Positions 1 through 8,577 are shown, counted from the first letter of the stretch. The stretch: DNA of 64,000 bases from Alphaproteobacteria bacterium (GCA_965249135.1 OZ252220.1:1280001-1344000); one strand, 5' to 3'. The notes: generated by a model not told the origin, from the sequence alone. Translations and numbers: made by a program.

Positions 1-1
1 C

Positions 2-991
2 AAGAAGGGCGTCTATGGCTCGGCCGCCTTCGTCGGCTGGTACAACGGGCATCCGGATTTCAGGAACCTCGACCCGGACCTCAACGTGTCTGCCGTCGCC
101 GTCATCGGGGTCGGCAACGTGGCGGTCGACGTCGCCCGGGTGCTGGTGAAGACCCATGAGGAGATGACGATGGCCGATCTGCCGGACTATGCCGATGCCG
201 TCATCCAAGCGGCCCCGATTAAGGACGTCTACATGTTCGGCCGGCGGGGGCCGGTGGACGCGAAGTTCACGAATGTGGAACTGCGTGAAATGGGCCGCCT
301 CGAGAACAGCGTGCCCATCGTCGATCCGGCCCAGCTGCCGGACGCGGTGACCGGCGATTACAAGGACCGGGACCTGCGCGTGCGGGAGAAGAACCTGGGT
401 ACGCTGAAGGAATTCGCCACGCGCAGACGTGAGGAAAAGCCGAAGCGGGTCCATTTCGTCTTCTATGCCTCGCCGGTCGAGATCCTAGGGGGGGACAAGG
501 TCGAGAGGCTGCGCCTGGAACGGACCCGCGTCGAGGAAGGCCGGGCCGTCGGCACCGGCGCGTTCTTCGAGATCCCATGCGGGGTCGTGATATCGGCCAT
601 CGGCTATCGCTCGGAGCCGATCGAAGGGGCACCCTTCGACGCGGAAAGGGGAATCGTCCCGAACGCGGAGGGCCGCGTGGCGGACGGGCTTTATGCCGTC
701 GGCTGGATCAAGCGGGGGCCGACCGGCACGATCGCCACCAACAAGCCGGACGGCAAGCTCGCCGCCGAGCAGATCCTCGCCGATGGCAAGGGGGGAAAGC
801 CCGGCCGGACCAGCTTCGAGAAGCTGCTGGATGGGCGCGGCATCCGGACGGTTTCGTTTGAGGAGTGGCAGAAGATCGAGGCGGTCGAGGAGGCCGCCGC
901 CACGCCGCCCGCGCCGCGCAAGAAATTCGTCACCGTTGAGGCCATGCTCGCCCAGCTCGATGGCGTGGAGGCGACCCGCGAGGTCGGCTGA
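2..991 (+). CDS. Ferredoxin--NADP+ reductase, adrenodoxin-reductase/FprA type (5' end outside window)
   Basis: Frame is open from base 2 (VYGSAAFVGWYNGHPD). Motifs GVGNVAVDVAR, GRRGP, GWIKRGPTGTI and PRKKF are typical of the family. Confidence 0.9.
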   Translation, partial: KKGVYGSAAFVGWYNGHPDFRNLDPDLNVSAVAVIGVGNVAVDVARVLVKTHEEMTMADLPDYADAVIQAAPIKDVYMFGRRGPVDAKFTNVELREMGRLENSVPIVDPAQLPDAVTGDYKDRDLRVREKNLGTLKEFATRRREEKPKRVHFVFYASPVEILGGDKVERLRLERTRVEEGRAVGTGAFFEIPCGVVISAIGYRSEPIEGAPFDAERGIVPNAEGRVADGLYAVGWIKRGPTGTIATNKPDGKLAAEQILADGKGGKPGRTSFEKLLDGRGIRTVSFEEWQKIEAVEEAAATPPAPRKKFVTVEAMLAQLDGVEATREVG

Positions 992-1035
992 AGAGGGAGT
1001 CGGCGTGGCTTAAAAAAGGGGACTTATATACGATT

Positions 1036-1710
1036 TTAGCCATCGCGCAGGATTTGCAGCATCCGCAGGCGCACGGACTCGATCTTGAGCAGTTCCTCGA
1101 TGAAGTACTCGCAGTTGTCGCCGCAATCTGTCTGGCGCCATCGAATGATGGCGTCGTAGTCGATCTCCAGCAGGTCACAGAACTCCCGCCCGGTCATCGC
1201 CTCATCGAAGGCTATTCGTCGCTTAAAGCCGTTCCATATCGCTTTCCGGTCATCCTGATTGAAGGCGCAGAAGTGCGCCCGGAATCGATACTGGATGTGC
1301 TGGGCGTTGTGCTCGATGAACCCATGCATGGCCTGGCGCTCTGCGCTGGCCTTCTTGGTGTCGAACACATGGCCGTCCTTCAACTCGACGATGTGGCATG
1401 TTTGCATGCCGCCACGGCGCTTGAACACCATGAAGTCCGGTTCCGATCCGGCGAAGTCCAGGGTGGTGCTCCGCTTGATTTGGCGCTTGCGGGCGAGCAA
1501 CACGCCTTCGGGCATGATCTCCTGCTCTAGGAAGGCGTCGAGGCCGGAGATGTTGGGAACCGCTGCCACGATCATTGCTTCGAGTTCCGAGCCCGACGAG
1601 ATGACGGCGGACTGAACCTTGCTGGCCAACTCGCCTAACGCGGCATTGCCGAACAGTCGCTCGTAGGCGCCCGACGTGTTCTTGGGCTTGGCGTTCCGAA
1701 GGCGGGCCAT
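1036..1710 (-). CDS. Putative type II restriction endonuclease (PD-(D/E)xK fold)
   Basis: 224 aa with EPDFMVF...IVELKDG, a PD..(D/E)xK catalytic pattern. Starts 5 bp after the methyltransferase stop. Its TAA stop lies inside the left TIR. Confidence 0.7.
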   Translation of the reverse strand: MARLRNAKPKNTSGAYERLFGNAALGELASKVQSAVISSGSELEAMIVAAVPNISGLDAFLEQEIMPEGVLLARKRQIKRSTTLDFAGSEPDFMVFKRRGGMQTCHIVELKDGHVFDTKKASAERQAMHGFIEHNAQHIQYRFRAHFCAFNQDDRKAIWNGFKRRIAFDEAMTGREFCDLLEIDYDAIIRWRQTDCGDNCEYFIEELLKIESVRLRMLQILRDG

Positions 1711-1715
1711 GGAGC

Positions 1716-2471
1716 CTAGTCGTTCAGGTCACAGCCGAGGAAGGTGCGCCGCCTGTTCCGCGCTGCCTGAAGCACAGAGAATGAGCCGGCTGCCGGGTCG
1801 ATCACAAAATCGCCTTCGTGGCTCACGGCGGCCATTAGCTCGCCCTGAAGGTCCACCGGCTTCGTGTGCGGATGGTTGCGTTGCGAGACCTGCTCTTGAA
1901 TCACGTCCGGGATGTTGTGAATCTTCCACACGCCTTTGGCTTTGCGCGGCTGCTTCTGCAAGACGACGCAATATTCCGCCCGGCGCCGGGTGCGATAGCC
2001 CATGCCGAAAGTGCCTTTGTCCCATGTCACCAAGTCCACGATGTCGAGACTCGTTCCGTCCAGCCAAGCATGGATGCCTTGGCAGAGATGAAACTTGTCG
2101 ATCCACAGGAACAGGTGGCCGGACGGAATCAGCGCCCGGTCAATGCCGCGCACGAAGCCGCCGATCACGGCGTCGGTCATCTGCTCCAAGGCACATCTCC
2201 GCTTGCCGCGGTCCTTGCCTTCGTTGCCGTAGGACAGTTTTTCGAGCACGCCGCGATATTGCGGATCAAGGAACGCTACGGGGATAGCGTTGGCCGGAAG
2301 CACGGACAGGAACTCAAGGCCGTCCATCTTGAGCCGGACGTTTGGCTTTAGCGCATCGGGCAGCGCTAATGGCGGCGCATGGACGGTTCTTTGCCCCGAG
2401 AACACCGTCGCCGTGAGCGTGTCCATCGTTGTGTCGATAGGCTCTACAAGCTGCTTGGCTTTGCGCGGCAT
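1716..2471 (-). CDS. Site-specific DNA amino-methyltransferase (N6A/N4C, beta class)
   Basis: Motif IV variant FLDPQY near the N-terminus; HPHTKP and motif I VIDPAAGSFS near the C-terminus (beta order). ATG at 2471 follows an AAGGGG RBS. Confidence 0.88.
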   Translation of the reverse strand: MPRKAKQLVEPIDTTMDTLTATVFSGQRTVHAPPLALPDALKPNVRLKMDGLEFLSVLPANAIPVAFLDPQYRGVLEKLSYGNEGKDRGKRRCALEQMTDAVIGGFVRGIDRALIPSGHLFLWIDKFHLCQGIHAWLDGTSLDIVDLVTWDKGTFGMGYRTRRRAEYCVVLQKQPRKAKGVWKIHNIPDVIQEQVSQRNHPHTKPVDLQGELMAAVSHEGDFVIDPAAGSFSVLQAARNRRRTFLGCDLND

Positions 2472-2481
2472 GGTGTTCCCC

Positions 2482-3417
2482 TTAATCGGCGGTGAGTCCC
2501 TTGTAGCCCAGCACGCCGCCCGCGTTGCGAAGGCTCTGGTCAATATGGGCCATGGTGCCCCAGTCGCGCCGATTGTGTCGAGTGGCAAACTCATCGACAT
2601 AGCGGCCCATGTGCTTTTCGGAGAAGTGGTGGAAGGTTCCGATGTAGCCGCGCTTCAGGAGCGCCCAGAACGACTCGATGCCGTTCGTGTGTGCCATCCC
2701 GCTGACGTATTCGCCGACCGAATGCTCGACGGTCTCGTGCGTGTATTCGCCCATGCCCTGATAGGCTTTGTGGCCGTCCGTGTAGATCGTTGTGCCGGGC
2801 TTGACCTCGGAACGCACCGCGCCTTGCAGGTGCGCCGCGTCCGTCCCGTCAATCGGGCGGGCTTTGATGCGCCCAGACTTGCGCTCGCGCATTCCGATAA
2901 CCGGCTGCTTCCCGACACCGCCGCGCCCCATGCGGAGCTTCTTGTTCGAGTGCTTGTTCTTTTCCTTGCCGCCGATATAGGTCTCGTCAACCTCAACCTC
3001 ACCAGACATCGGATTGCCGACGCCGGACTTGTTCAGCCACATCTCGCGGATGCGCTGCGAAAGATACCATGCGGTTTTCTGCGTGCAGCCAAGCTCGCGG
3101 GCCATCTGGCAACTTGAGATCGACTTCTTGGCAATGACCATGAGATAGATCGCGTAGAGGCATTTGCGTGGCGACAGGTTGGCCGAATGGAACACCGTTC
3201 TGGTCGTGACCGAGAAGTGCTTGCGGCAATCCTTGCAGCGATAGGGTTGGGGGTTCTCGTTCGCGACATGGCTGATCCGAACGCTCCCGCAGTGCGGGCA
3301 GTAAGGATCGTCGCCCCAGCGCATCCGCTCGATGTGAGCCCGCGCATCCTTGTCCGTCGGGAACCGCGCCATGAAGTCCCAGGTGCTCATGATCTCGGGT
3401 TTGTTGCGCTTCGCCAT
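2482..3417 (-). CDS. IS1595-family (ISXO2-like) DDE transposase
   Basis: N-terminal Zn ribbon CPHC...CKDC; catalytic motifs VEVDETYIGG, IYTDG and HTNGIESFW. ATG at 3417 follows GGGAGA. Confidence 0.95.
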   Translation of the reverse strand: MAKRNKPEIMSTWDFMARFPTDKDARAHIERMRWGDDPYCPHCGSVRISHVANENPQPYRCKDCRKHFSVTTRTVFHSANLSPRKCLYAIYLMVIAKKSISSCQMARELGCTQKTAWYLSQRIREMWLNKSGVGNPMSGEVEVDETYIGGKEKNKHSNKKLRMGRGGVGKQPVIGMRERKSGRIKARPIDGTDAAHLQGAVRSEVKPGTTIYTDGHKAYQGMGEYTHETVEHSVGEYVSGMAHTNGIESFWALLKRGYIGTFHHFSEKHMGRYVDEFATRHNRRDWGTMAHIDQSLRNAGGVLGYKGLTAD

Positions 3418-3439
3418 GTTCTGTCTCCCCATGGCTAGA

Positions 3440-3468
3440 AATATAGGGTTACGACGGCGTAATGTCAA
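3440..3468 (-). promoter_or_regulatory. Sigma70-type promoter for the transposase-MTase-nuclease unit
   Basis: Minus strand TTGACA-N17-TATATT, 22 bp upstream of the transposase ATG. Confidence 0.7.
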
Positions 3469-3487
3469 GAGACATAATATCTCGTTA

Positions 3488-3500
3488 TATCAATTAGTTA
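3488..3500 (+). promoter_or_regulatory. IHF-like binding site just inside the right TIR
   Basis: TATCAATTAGTTA matches the IHF consensus WATCAA-N4-TTR. Confidence 0.5.
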
Positions 3501-3534
3501 GACAGTATTTGGCTAAAATAGTATATAATCCCCT

Positions 3535-3565
3535 AAAAAAGGGTGGCCTGGGGCCGCCCTTTTTT
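3535..3565. terminator. Bidirectional intrinsic terminator downstream of tRNA-Gln
   Basis: AAAAAAGGGTGGCC-TGG-GGCCGCCCTTTTTT: GC-rich hairpin flanked by A and T tracts. Confidence 0.75.
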
Positions 3566-3566
3566 C

Positions 3567-3640
3567 TGGTTGGGGCGGCAGGATTCGAACCTGCGATCAC
3601 GGGACCAAAGCCCGTTGCCTTGCCACTTGGCTACGCCCCA
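3567..3640 (-). tRNA. tRNA-Gln (anticodon TTG)
   Basis: Minus strand reads TGGGGCGTAGCCAAGTGGCAAGGCAACGGGCTTTGGTCCCGTGATCGCAGGTTCGAATCCTGCCGCCCCAACCA, with D loop, T loop GTTCGAATC and encoded CCA. Confidence 0.97.
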
Positions 3641-3844
3641 AAACCGGTGCCCGGAAGGTAGGCGCAAAAAGCCCGCCTCCGCAAGGGAGGGCCCTTACCT
3701 TCCGGCCCGCCTTCGCGCCACCAGAAAGGGCGGCGAAGAATAAAGGAGGACCCGACCCGGAAGCGCCGGAAACGAGCCGGGCCTTAAGGGCACTACTCCT
3801 TGTGCCCGCCGGGGCGACCGGGGTAGGATTTCGGGGAGGGAAGT

Positions 3845-4015
3845 ATGACCGGCTGGAAACTCGAAGGCATCTCGACGACGGCCCGTGAGGCGGCGAAGGA
3901 AGCCGCCCGGGAGCAAAAACTACCCTTGGGTGAATGGCTAAGCCGGTTGATTCTAAGGGCCTCCGAGAGCCGGAAAACGGGCCCCGGGGGGCCCGGAAAA
4001 CCGGGAGCGGATTAG
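3845..4015 (+). CDS. 56-aa microprotein made of a PodJ-like N-terminal motif (not in ORF track)
   Basis: GGGGAGGG RBS, then MTGWKLEGISTTAREAAKEAAREQKLPLGEWLSRLILRASESRKTGPGGPGKPGAD*. Same motif as the N-termini of the next two genes. Confidence 0.75.
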   Translation: MTGWKLEGISTTAREAAKEAAREQKLPLGEWLSRLILRASESRKTGPGGPGKPGAD

Positions 4016-4036
4016 CCCTACGCCGCACTACTTTTC

Positions 4037-4065
4037 TTGACTTGGGTAGCGCCACCCCTTACATT
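4037..4065 (+). promoter_or_regulatory. Sigma70-like promoter upstream of 4136 gene
   Basis: TTGACT-N17-TACATT. Confidence 0.5.
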
Positions 4066-4135
4066 TCGCCCGTTTTGTTGGACCGTTAACGAACCCCGGC
4101 CAAGGGAGACGGATCACCAATTAAGGCGAGGTCGG

Positions 4136-4651
4136 ATGGCTTCCCAGTCGCCCTGGAGCATTAAAGGCATCGATCCGGAAGCGCGCGAGGCCGCCAAGAT
4201 GGCGGCCTGCAAGGCCGGTATGACCCTTGGCGGCTGGCTCACCCGGACCATCCTTGCCATCGCCGCCCACGAGCTCAAGCGGGACGGCGGCAAGAAGGCG
4301 CCGCCGGAATGGGCGGAGAGCGACGGTCCCGACCTTTCGGCCCCCTCGCCGCCGGCGCTGACGGAGCAGGCGATCCTCAAAAGCATCCAGCAGCTCATCC
4401 AGCGGGTCGAGCATATCGAGCAGGTGACCCAGGAGACGATCGCGGCGATCACCGAGAAGGTCGGGGAACTCGCCGAACGCATCCAGGAGGTGAACGAGAA
4501 GACCGGTCTTACCTCCGGCCCGATGGAGCGGGCGCTACAACGATTGTCGGAACGGATGGACCATCTGGATGCGGAAGAAGCACCGTCGCCCGAGGAGGCC
4601 CATCCCCGGCACCGCCGCCGCCGCTTCGCCCGCATGTTCAACCTTCCCTGA
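4136..4651 (+). CDS. PodJ-like N-terminal motif plus coiled-coil protein
   Basis: MASQSPWSIKGIDPEAREAAKMAACKAGMTLGGWLTRTI resembles the PodJ N-terminus as I recall it; followed by a heptad-rich helix. Confidence 0.75.
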   Translation: MASQSPWSIKGIDPEAREAAKMAACKAGMTLGGWLTRTILAIAAHELKRDGGKKAPPEWAESDGPDLSAPSPPALTEQAILKSIQQLIQRVEHIEQVTQETIAAITEKVGELAERIQEVNEKTGLTSGPMERALQRLSERMDHLDAEEAPSPEEAHPRHRRRRFARMFNLP

Positions 4652-4664
4652 AGGAGAGCCTCTT

Positions 4665-5849
4665 ATGACGACGCAAGGGGCCTGGTACCCGAAGGGCGTC
4701 GGCCCGGAAGCCAGGCGGGCGGCAAAGGAGGCGGCGAAACGGGCCGGCGTGCCGATCGGGCAATGGGTCGAGGCGATGATCCTTCGCCACACCCGAAGCC
4801 CAGGCCTTAAGACCCGCCCTAGCCCGGAGGCCCGAAAGGCTCCGGAGTTCGAACTCCTCTCCCGCGAAGAGCCGATGGAGGAAATGGGAGGCGGGCGCTA
4901 CCCGGCACTGCCTCCACGCCGGATCCACCGGCAGCTCTGCTGGCTGGCCGGCGGGTCCCTGGTCATGCTCATCTTCCTTATCGTAGGCTTCGGGCTTTTC
5001 TGGATCGGGCAGCAGCAGGAAGCCCAACCCCAGCGGACCGCCGACGCGCAAGCCAAGCCTTCGCCGCCGACGGATCTCAGCCGGGCCACGTTGAACCAGA
5101 TCCGCAGTGCCGCCCAGGCCGGCGACCGGGAGGCCCAGTTCACCCTCGGTGCGCGCTACGCGCTGGGCGAGTGGGTGCCCAAGGACGAGCTGGCCGCCGC
5201 CGACTGGTTCGAGAAGGCGGCCCTTCAGGGCCACCCGGAGGCCCAATACCGGTTAGGGCTCCTCTACGAGGAAGGGCGCGTCGTCGCGCAGAACCTTTTC
5301 GAAGCCTTCTTCTGGTTCCAAAGCGCGGCCGACCAGGGCCACCTCGAATCCTAGTTCAAGGCCGGCGTCGCCTATGCGGAAGGCATCGGCATCGGCGAGG
5401 ATCCGAAGAAGGCGGCAACGTGGCTGCTGGCCAGCGCCGAGCGCGACCACGCCGGCGCCATGGTTCGCCTGGCCGAACTTTACGATCGCGGCGAAGGGGT
5501 GGCGAAGGACCCGGAGGCGGCGGCCCGCTGGAAGGCGATGGCTGCCGCCATCGCGCCCGAGGAAAAACCGGGAAAGACGGATGTCCAGATCGTCATCCTC
5601 GACAAGGCGCCGATGCCTAGCGGCCTGGAGGCGGCGCTGGATCCGCGCGCGCTCGAGACGATGGAGCGGCTGCTCGCCGGGCTCGGTTTCGAGCCGGGCC
5701 CCGTCGACGGGGCCGTCACGGACGAGACGGTGGCGGCGATCCGACTCTATCAAGCCTTCGCGGGCCTTGAGGTCGATGGCCGGCCCAGCGCGCTCCTCCT
5801 CGAAGAGTTGCGTCAGGTGTCCCAGACGGCGGGGCTGAAGCTGAACTGA
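4665..5849 (+). pseudogene. PodJ-like membrane protein (N motif, TM helix, Sel1 repeats, peptidoglycan-binding domain) interrupted by in-frame TAG at 5352-5354
   Basis: Reading continues in frame across the stop: GHLES*FKAGVAYAEGIGIGEDPKKAATWLL...MVRLAELYDRGEGV. Earlier Sel1 repeats have Q at the stop position. C-terminal GFEPGPVDGAVTDETVAAIRLYQ is a PG-binding motif. Confidence 0.75.
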
Positions 5850-5869
5850 CGGCCGGGCCTGGCTAAATC

Positions 5870-6760
5870 TCACGCGCCGGAAAGAAGCTCCGTCGCCGCG
5901 ATCCACCAGTTGGGGTGGGAATTTAAGAGCGCTTTCGCCGCCGCTTCGGCCGCGAGGCGGTCGCCATAGAGCCCGAAGCAGGTCGTCCCGCTTCCCGACA
6001 TCCGCGAAAGCAGGCAATGGGGCGTGCCGGCGATGGCCGAAAGCACGCCGGCGATCTCCGGCGCGAGCGCGACGGCGGCCTCCGTGAGATCGTTGCGCCG
6101 GGCCTTCAAATAGAGCGCGAGCGCCGCCGCATCCTTGGGCAAGGCCTGGCAAGCGGCGGGTTTCGACACCGTCCCCCCATGGGCCTTAAAGACGGCCGCC
6201 GTCGAAAGGGCCGCGCCCGGATTGACCAGAACGAGACCGGCCAAGGGGAGCCCCTGAACCGGCGTCAGTATCTCGCCGACGCCGCCGACGAAGGCCGGGC
6301 GGCCTTCGATGCAGACAGGCACGTCCATGCCGAGTTCGAGACCAAGGTTTTGAAGCGCGGGCGCCTCAACGCCAAGCCCCCAAAGTCGGGTGAGACCCAA
6401 AAGCGTCGCCGCCGCATCCGCCGAGCCGCCGCCGAGGCCGGCCGCGACAGGCAGGTTCTTGGTCAGCGTGATCGCCGCGCCATCGTTCACATGGTGAAGC
6501 CGGCCCAGATGACGGGCGGCCCGAAGCACGAGGTTGTCGTCGAGGTCCACCTCGCCAAGGGCGGCGGCAAAGGGGCCGCGAAGCACAAGGCTCAACGTGT
6601 CGTCCGGGCGAAAGGCGAGTTCGTCGTGGAGCCTCGCGAAGACGACGAGACTGTCGAGCAGATGGTACCCGTCTTTGCGGACGCCGGTGACGTGGAGGTA
6701 GAGATTGAGTTTCACCGGTGCCGTAAGATGAAATTCGCCGCGAACCGTCTTTTCCGTCAC
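5870..6760 (-). CDS. ispE: 4-diphosphocytidyl-2-C-methyl-D-erythritol kinase
   Basis: APVKLNLYLHV, GYHLLDSL, PVAAGLGGGSADAA, MSGSG motifs. Confidence 0.96.
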   Translation of the reverse strand: MTEKTVRGEFHLTAPVKLNLYLHVTGVRKDGYHLLDSLVVFARLHDELAFRPDDTLSLVLRGPFAAALGEVDLDDNLVLRAARHLGRLHHVNDGAAITLTKNLPVAAGLGGGSADAAATLLGLTRLWGLGVEAPALQNLGLELGMDVPVCIEGRPAFVGGVGEILTPVQGLPLAGLVLVNPGAALSTAAVFKAHGGTVSKPAACQALPKDAAALALYLKARRNDLTEAAVALAPEIAGVLSAIAGTPHCLLSRMSGSGTTCFGLYGDRLAAEAAAKALLNSHPNWWIAATELLSGA

Positions 6761-6766
6761 CGTTCT

Positions 6767-8566
6767 TCAGTCGCCCTTGTCAACGGTGGCGGGAAGACCA
6801 CTATGAAGTTTCGACTGGATGCTGGCGTTGAGTTTGGGGTCGGCATCGTTGTCGGCGTTGAAGGCAAGCGCGCGCCGCCACTGGAAGCGTGCTTCGTAGC
6901 GCCGGCCGACCTGCCAATAGACGTCGCCAAGGTGGTCGTTGATGATCGGATCGTGGGGCCGAAGCTGCACCGCCAGTTCGAGATGCGGAAGCGCCTCGGC
7001 ATATTGTCCGGTGCGATAAAGTGCCCAGCCCAAGCTGTCGACGATGTAGCCATCCTTCGGCCTTAGCTCGATGGCGCGTTCGATCAGGCGCTGGGCCTCG
7101 TCCATCCTCTCGCCCTTCTCCAGCCAGGCATACCCTAAGTAATTGAGAACATAGGGTTGATCCGGCTGGAGTTCAAGCGCATGCAGCAGATCCGCCTGGG
7201 CGCGCTCCCACTCGTCCGACTGCTCGAGCGCGATGCCCCGTGCATAGAAAAGGGTCCAATGATGGGGCTCGATCTTCTTGATGCGCTTGATCGCCTCACC
7301 GTATGCGGCGACCGCCTCCCGGTAGAGATCGTGCAAGCGAAGCAGCGCACCCAGTTCGACCAGCGCATCGATTCGTTCCGGACGTTCCCTCGCCATCGCC
7401 TTCAGCAGACGCTTTGCTTTCAGCCTCTCATTCAGGGCATCGTAATTTTTGGCGATGCGAATCCGGCTAAGCCATCCCCAGGCGGTGTCGGGAGGGATCC
7501 GTTCGTACATCCGGATGGCGGCGCGGTGGCGATTGTGTACCTCATGAATCTCCGCCACCAGGACGTTGGCCTCGTAAAAATCCTTGCGAAGATTTATCGC
7601 CAGCTGGGCAAAGACCAGTTCGAAGCCGAACGAATTTTGCTGATAAAGCGCACTTTGCTGATGAAAGAGAACGGCGAGACTGTAAAAGACTTCCGCCACC
7701 CCCTCGATGGGGTTTCCCACGAGACGCCGCGTGGGCTTCTTATGGTCGAGACGGCCCTTGCGTGCGTCCAGGACGAGGGAGGCGCTGTTGTCGGAAATAT
7801 ATTTTTCGTAAAGGTCGCGGGCTTCCGCTTTACGGTTGTGCCGCTCATAGAAATTGCCCAATGCCTCGACGGCCCGCAAGGTCGGCGAATAATTGCCGAG
7901 CGCCGTGATGTAGTTGCCTTCCGCCGAATCGGTTTTGTCGCTGAGGTCATAGAGCAGCGCGAGATGATATTTATAGACCGCCTCGAAACCTTCCGTTTTC
8001 GCAAGCTTGCCCATCACTTCGATGGCCTTCTCACGGTCGCCCAAAGCGAAGTGTGCCCACGCCGAAAAAAGCGGACGAAGATAGACGTTCAAGCCGCGCC
8101 GTGGCATCTTCTCCAGATGGGCGAGCGCCTCAGCGTATCGTTTGTTCCTAAATTCGCGCTCTACTAAATAAAGTCCGGCGATCGGATCGTCCGGTCCGGC
8201 TTCGACGATGCGCTGAGCCAGTTTGTCGGCTTCCTGAAAGCGGCCCTCGCCGGCCACCAGATAGAAGGTGCGGCGAAGCAGCTCCAGGTTCTCCGGCTCA
8301 TAGGCCAAGGCGGCGGCCATGAAGTCGGCGGCCGCACCGAAGTCGCGGATGAGGGTGGCATGCTGGCCGGCGAGGTAGCTGCCGGCGAAGTTCGACTCGA
8401 ATTCCTCCGGTTGGACGCCACGATAGGACGCGCTGTCCTCTCGCCCCTCGTCACAGGCGGCAAGGAGAAGGATCGAAGCCAGGCCCAGAGCGCCGGCACG
8501 TAAGCGGCGCAGGGCGGCCCTCAACGCTTGCCCGAACTCCCCAGAAAAGAACAAAAAATCTGCCAT
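6767..8566 (-). CDS. Tetratricopeptide-repeat lipoprotein
   Basis: Lipobox LAAC; TPR repeats including VLNYLGYAW, IVDSLGWALY and INDHLGDVYW; usual position upstream of ispE. Confidence 0.9.
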   Translation of the reverse strand: MADFLFFSGEFGQALRAALRRLRAGALGLASILLLAACDEGREDSASYRGVQPEEFESNFAGSYLAGQHATLIRDFGAAADFMAAALAYEPENLELLRRTFYLVAGEGRFQEADKLAQRIVEAGPDDPIAGLYLVEREFRNKRYAEALAHLEKMPRRGLNVYLRPLFSAWAHFALGDREKAIEVMGKLAKTEGFEAVYKYHLALLYDLSDKTDSAEGNYITALGNYSPTLRAVEALGNFYERHNRKAEARDLYEKYISDNSASLVLDARKGRLDHKKPTRRLVGNPIEGVAEVFYSLAVLFHQQSALYQQNSFGFELVFAQLAINLRKDFYEANVLVAEIHEVHNRHRAAIRMYERIPPDTAWGWLSRIRIAKNYDALNERLKAKRLLKAMARERPERIDALVELGALLRLHDLYREAVAAYGEAIKRIKKIEPHHWTLFYARGIALEQSDEWERAQADLLHALELQPDQPYVLNYLGYAWLEKGERMDEAQRLIERAIELRPKDGYIVDSLGWALYRTGQYAEALPHLELAVQLRPHDPIINDHLGDVYWQVGRRYEARFQWRRALAFNADNDADPKLNASIQSKLHSGLPATVDKGD

Positions 8567-8577
8567 CCCGCCTCGCC

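Larger units (their letters stand above)
1019..3533 (-). mobile_element. IS1595-family insertion sequence with passenger genes (methyltransferase + putative restriction endonuclease)
   Basis: Left TIR GGGACTTATATACGATTTTAGCCA (1019-1042) matches the reverse complement of the right TIR, GGGGATTATATACTATTTTAGCCA (3510-3533), at 21/24. Direct repeat TAAAAAAG flanks both ends (1011-1018, 3534-3541). IS1595 transposase lies inside. Confidence 0.93.

Noticed and set aside
1716-2600. ORF-track start of the methyltransferase at 2600 and of the transposase at 3468
   Set aside because: The extensions overlap the transposase end and the promoter; RBS-backed ATGs exist at 2471 and 3417.
3567-3640. tRNA-Gln as an integrase attachment site or amber suppressor
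   Set aside because: No duplicated tRNA 3' end or integrase is seen, and the anticodon is TTG. The adjacent element is a DDE IS with its own TSD.
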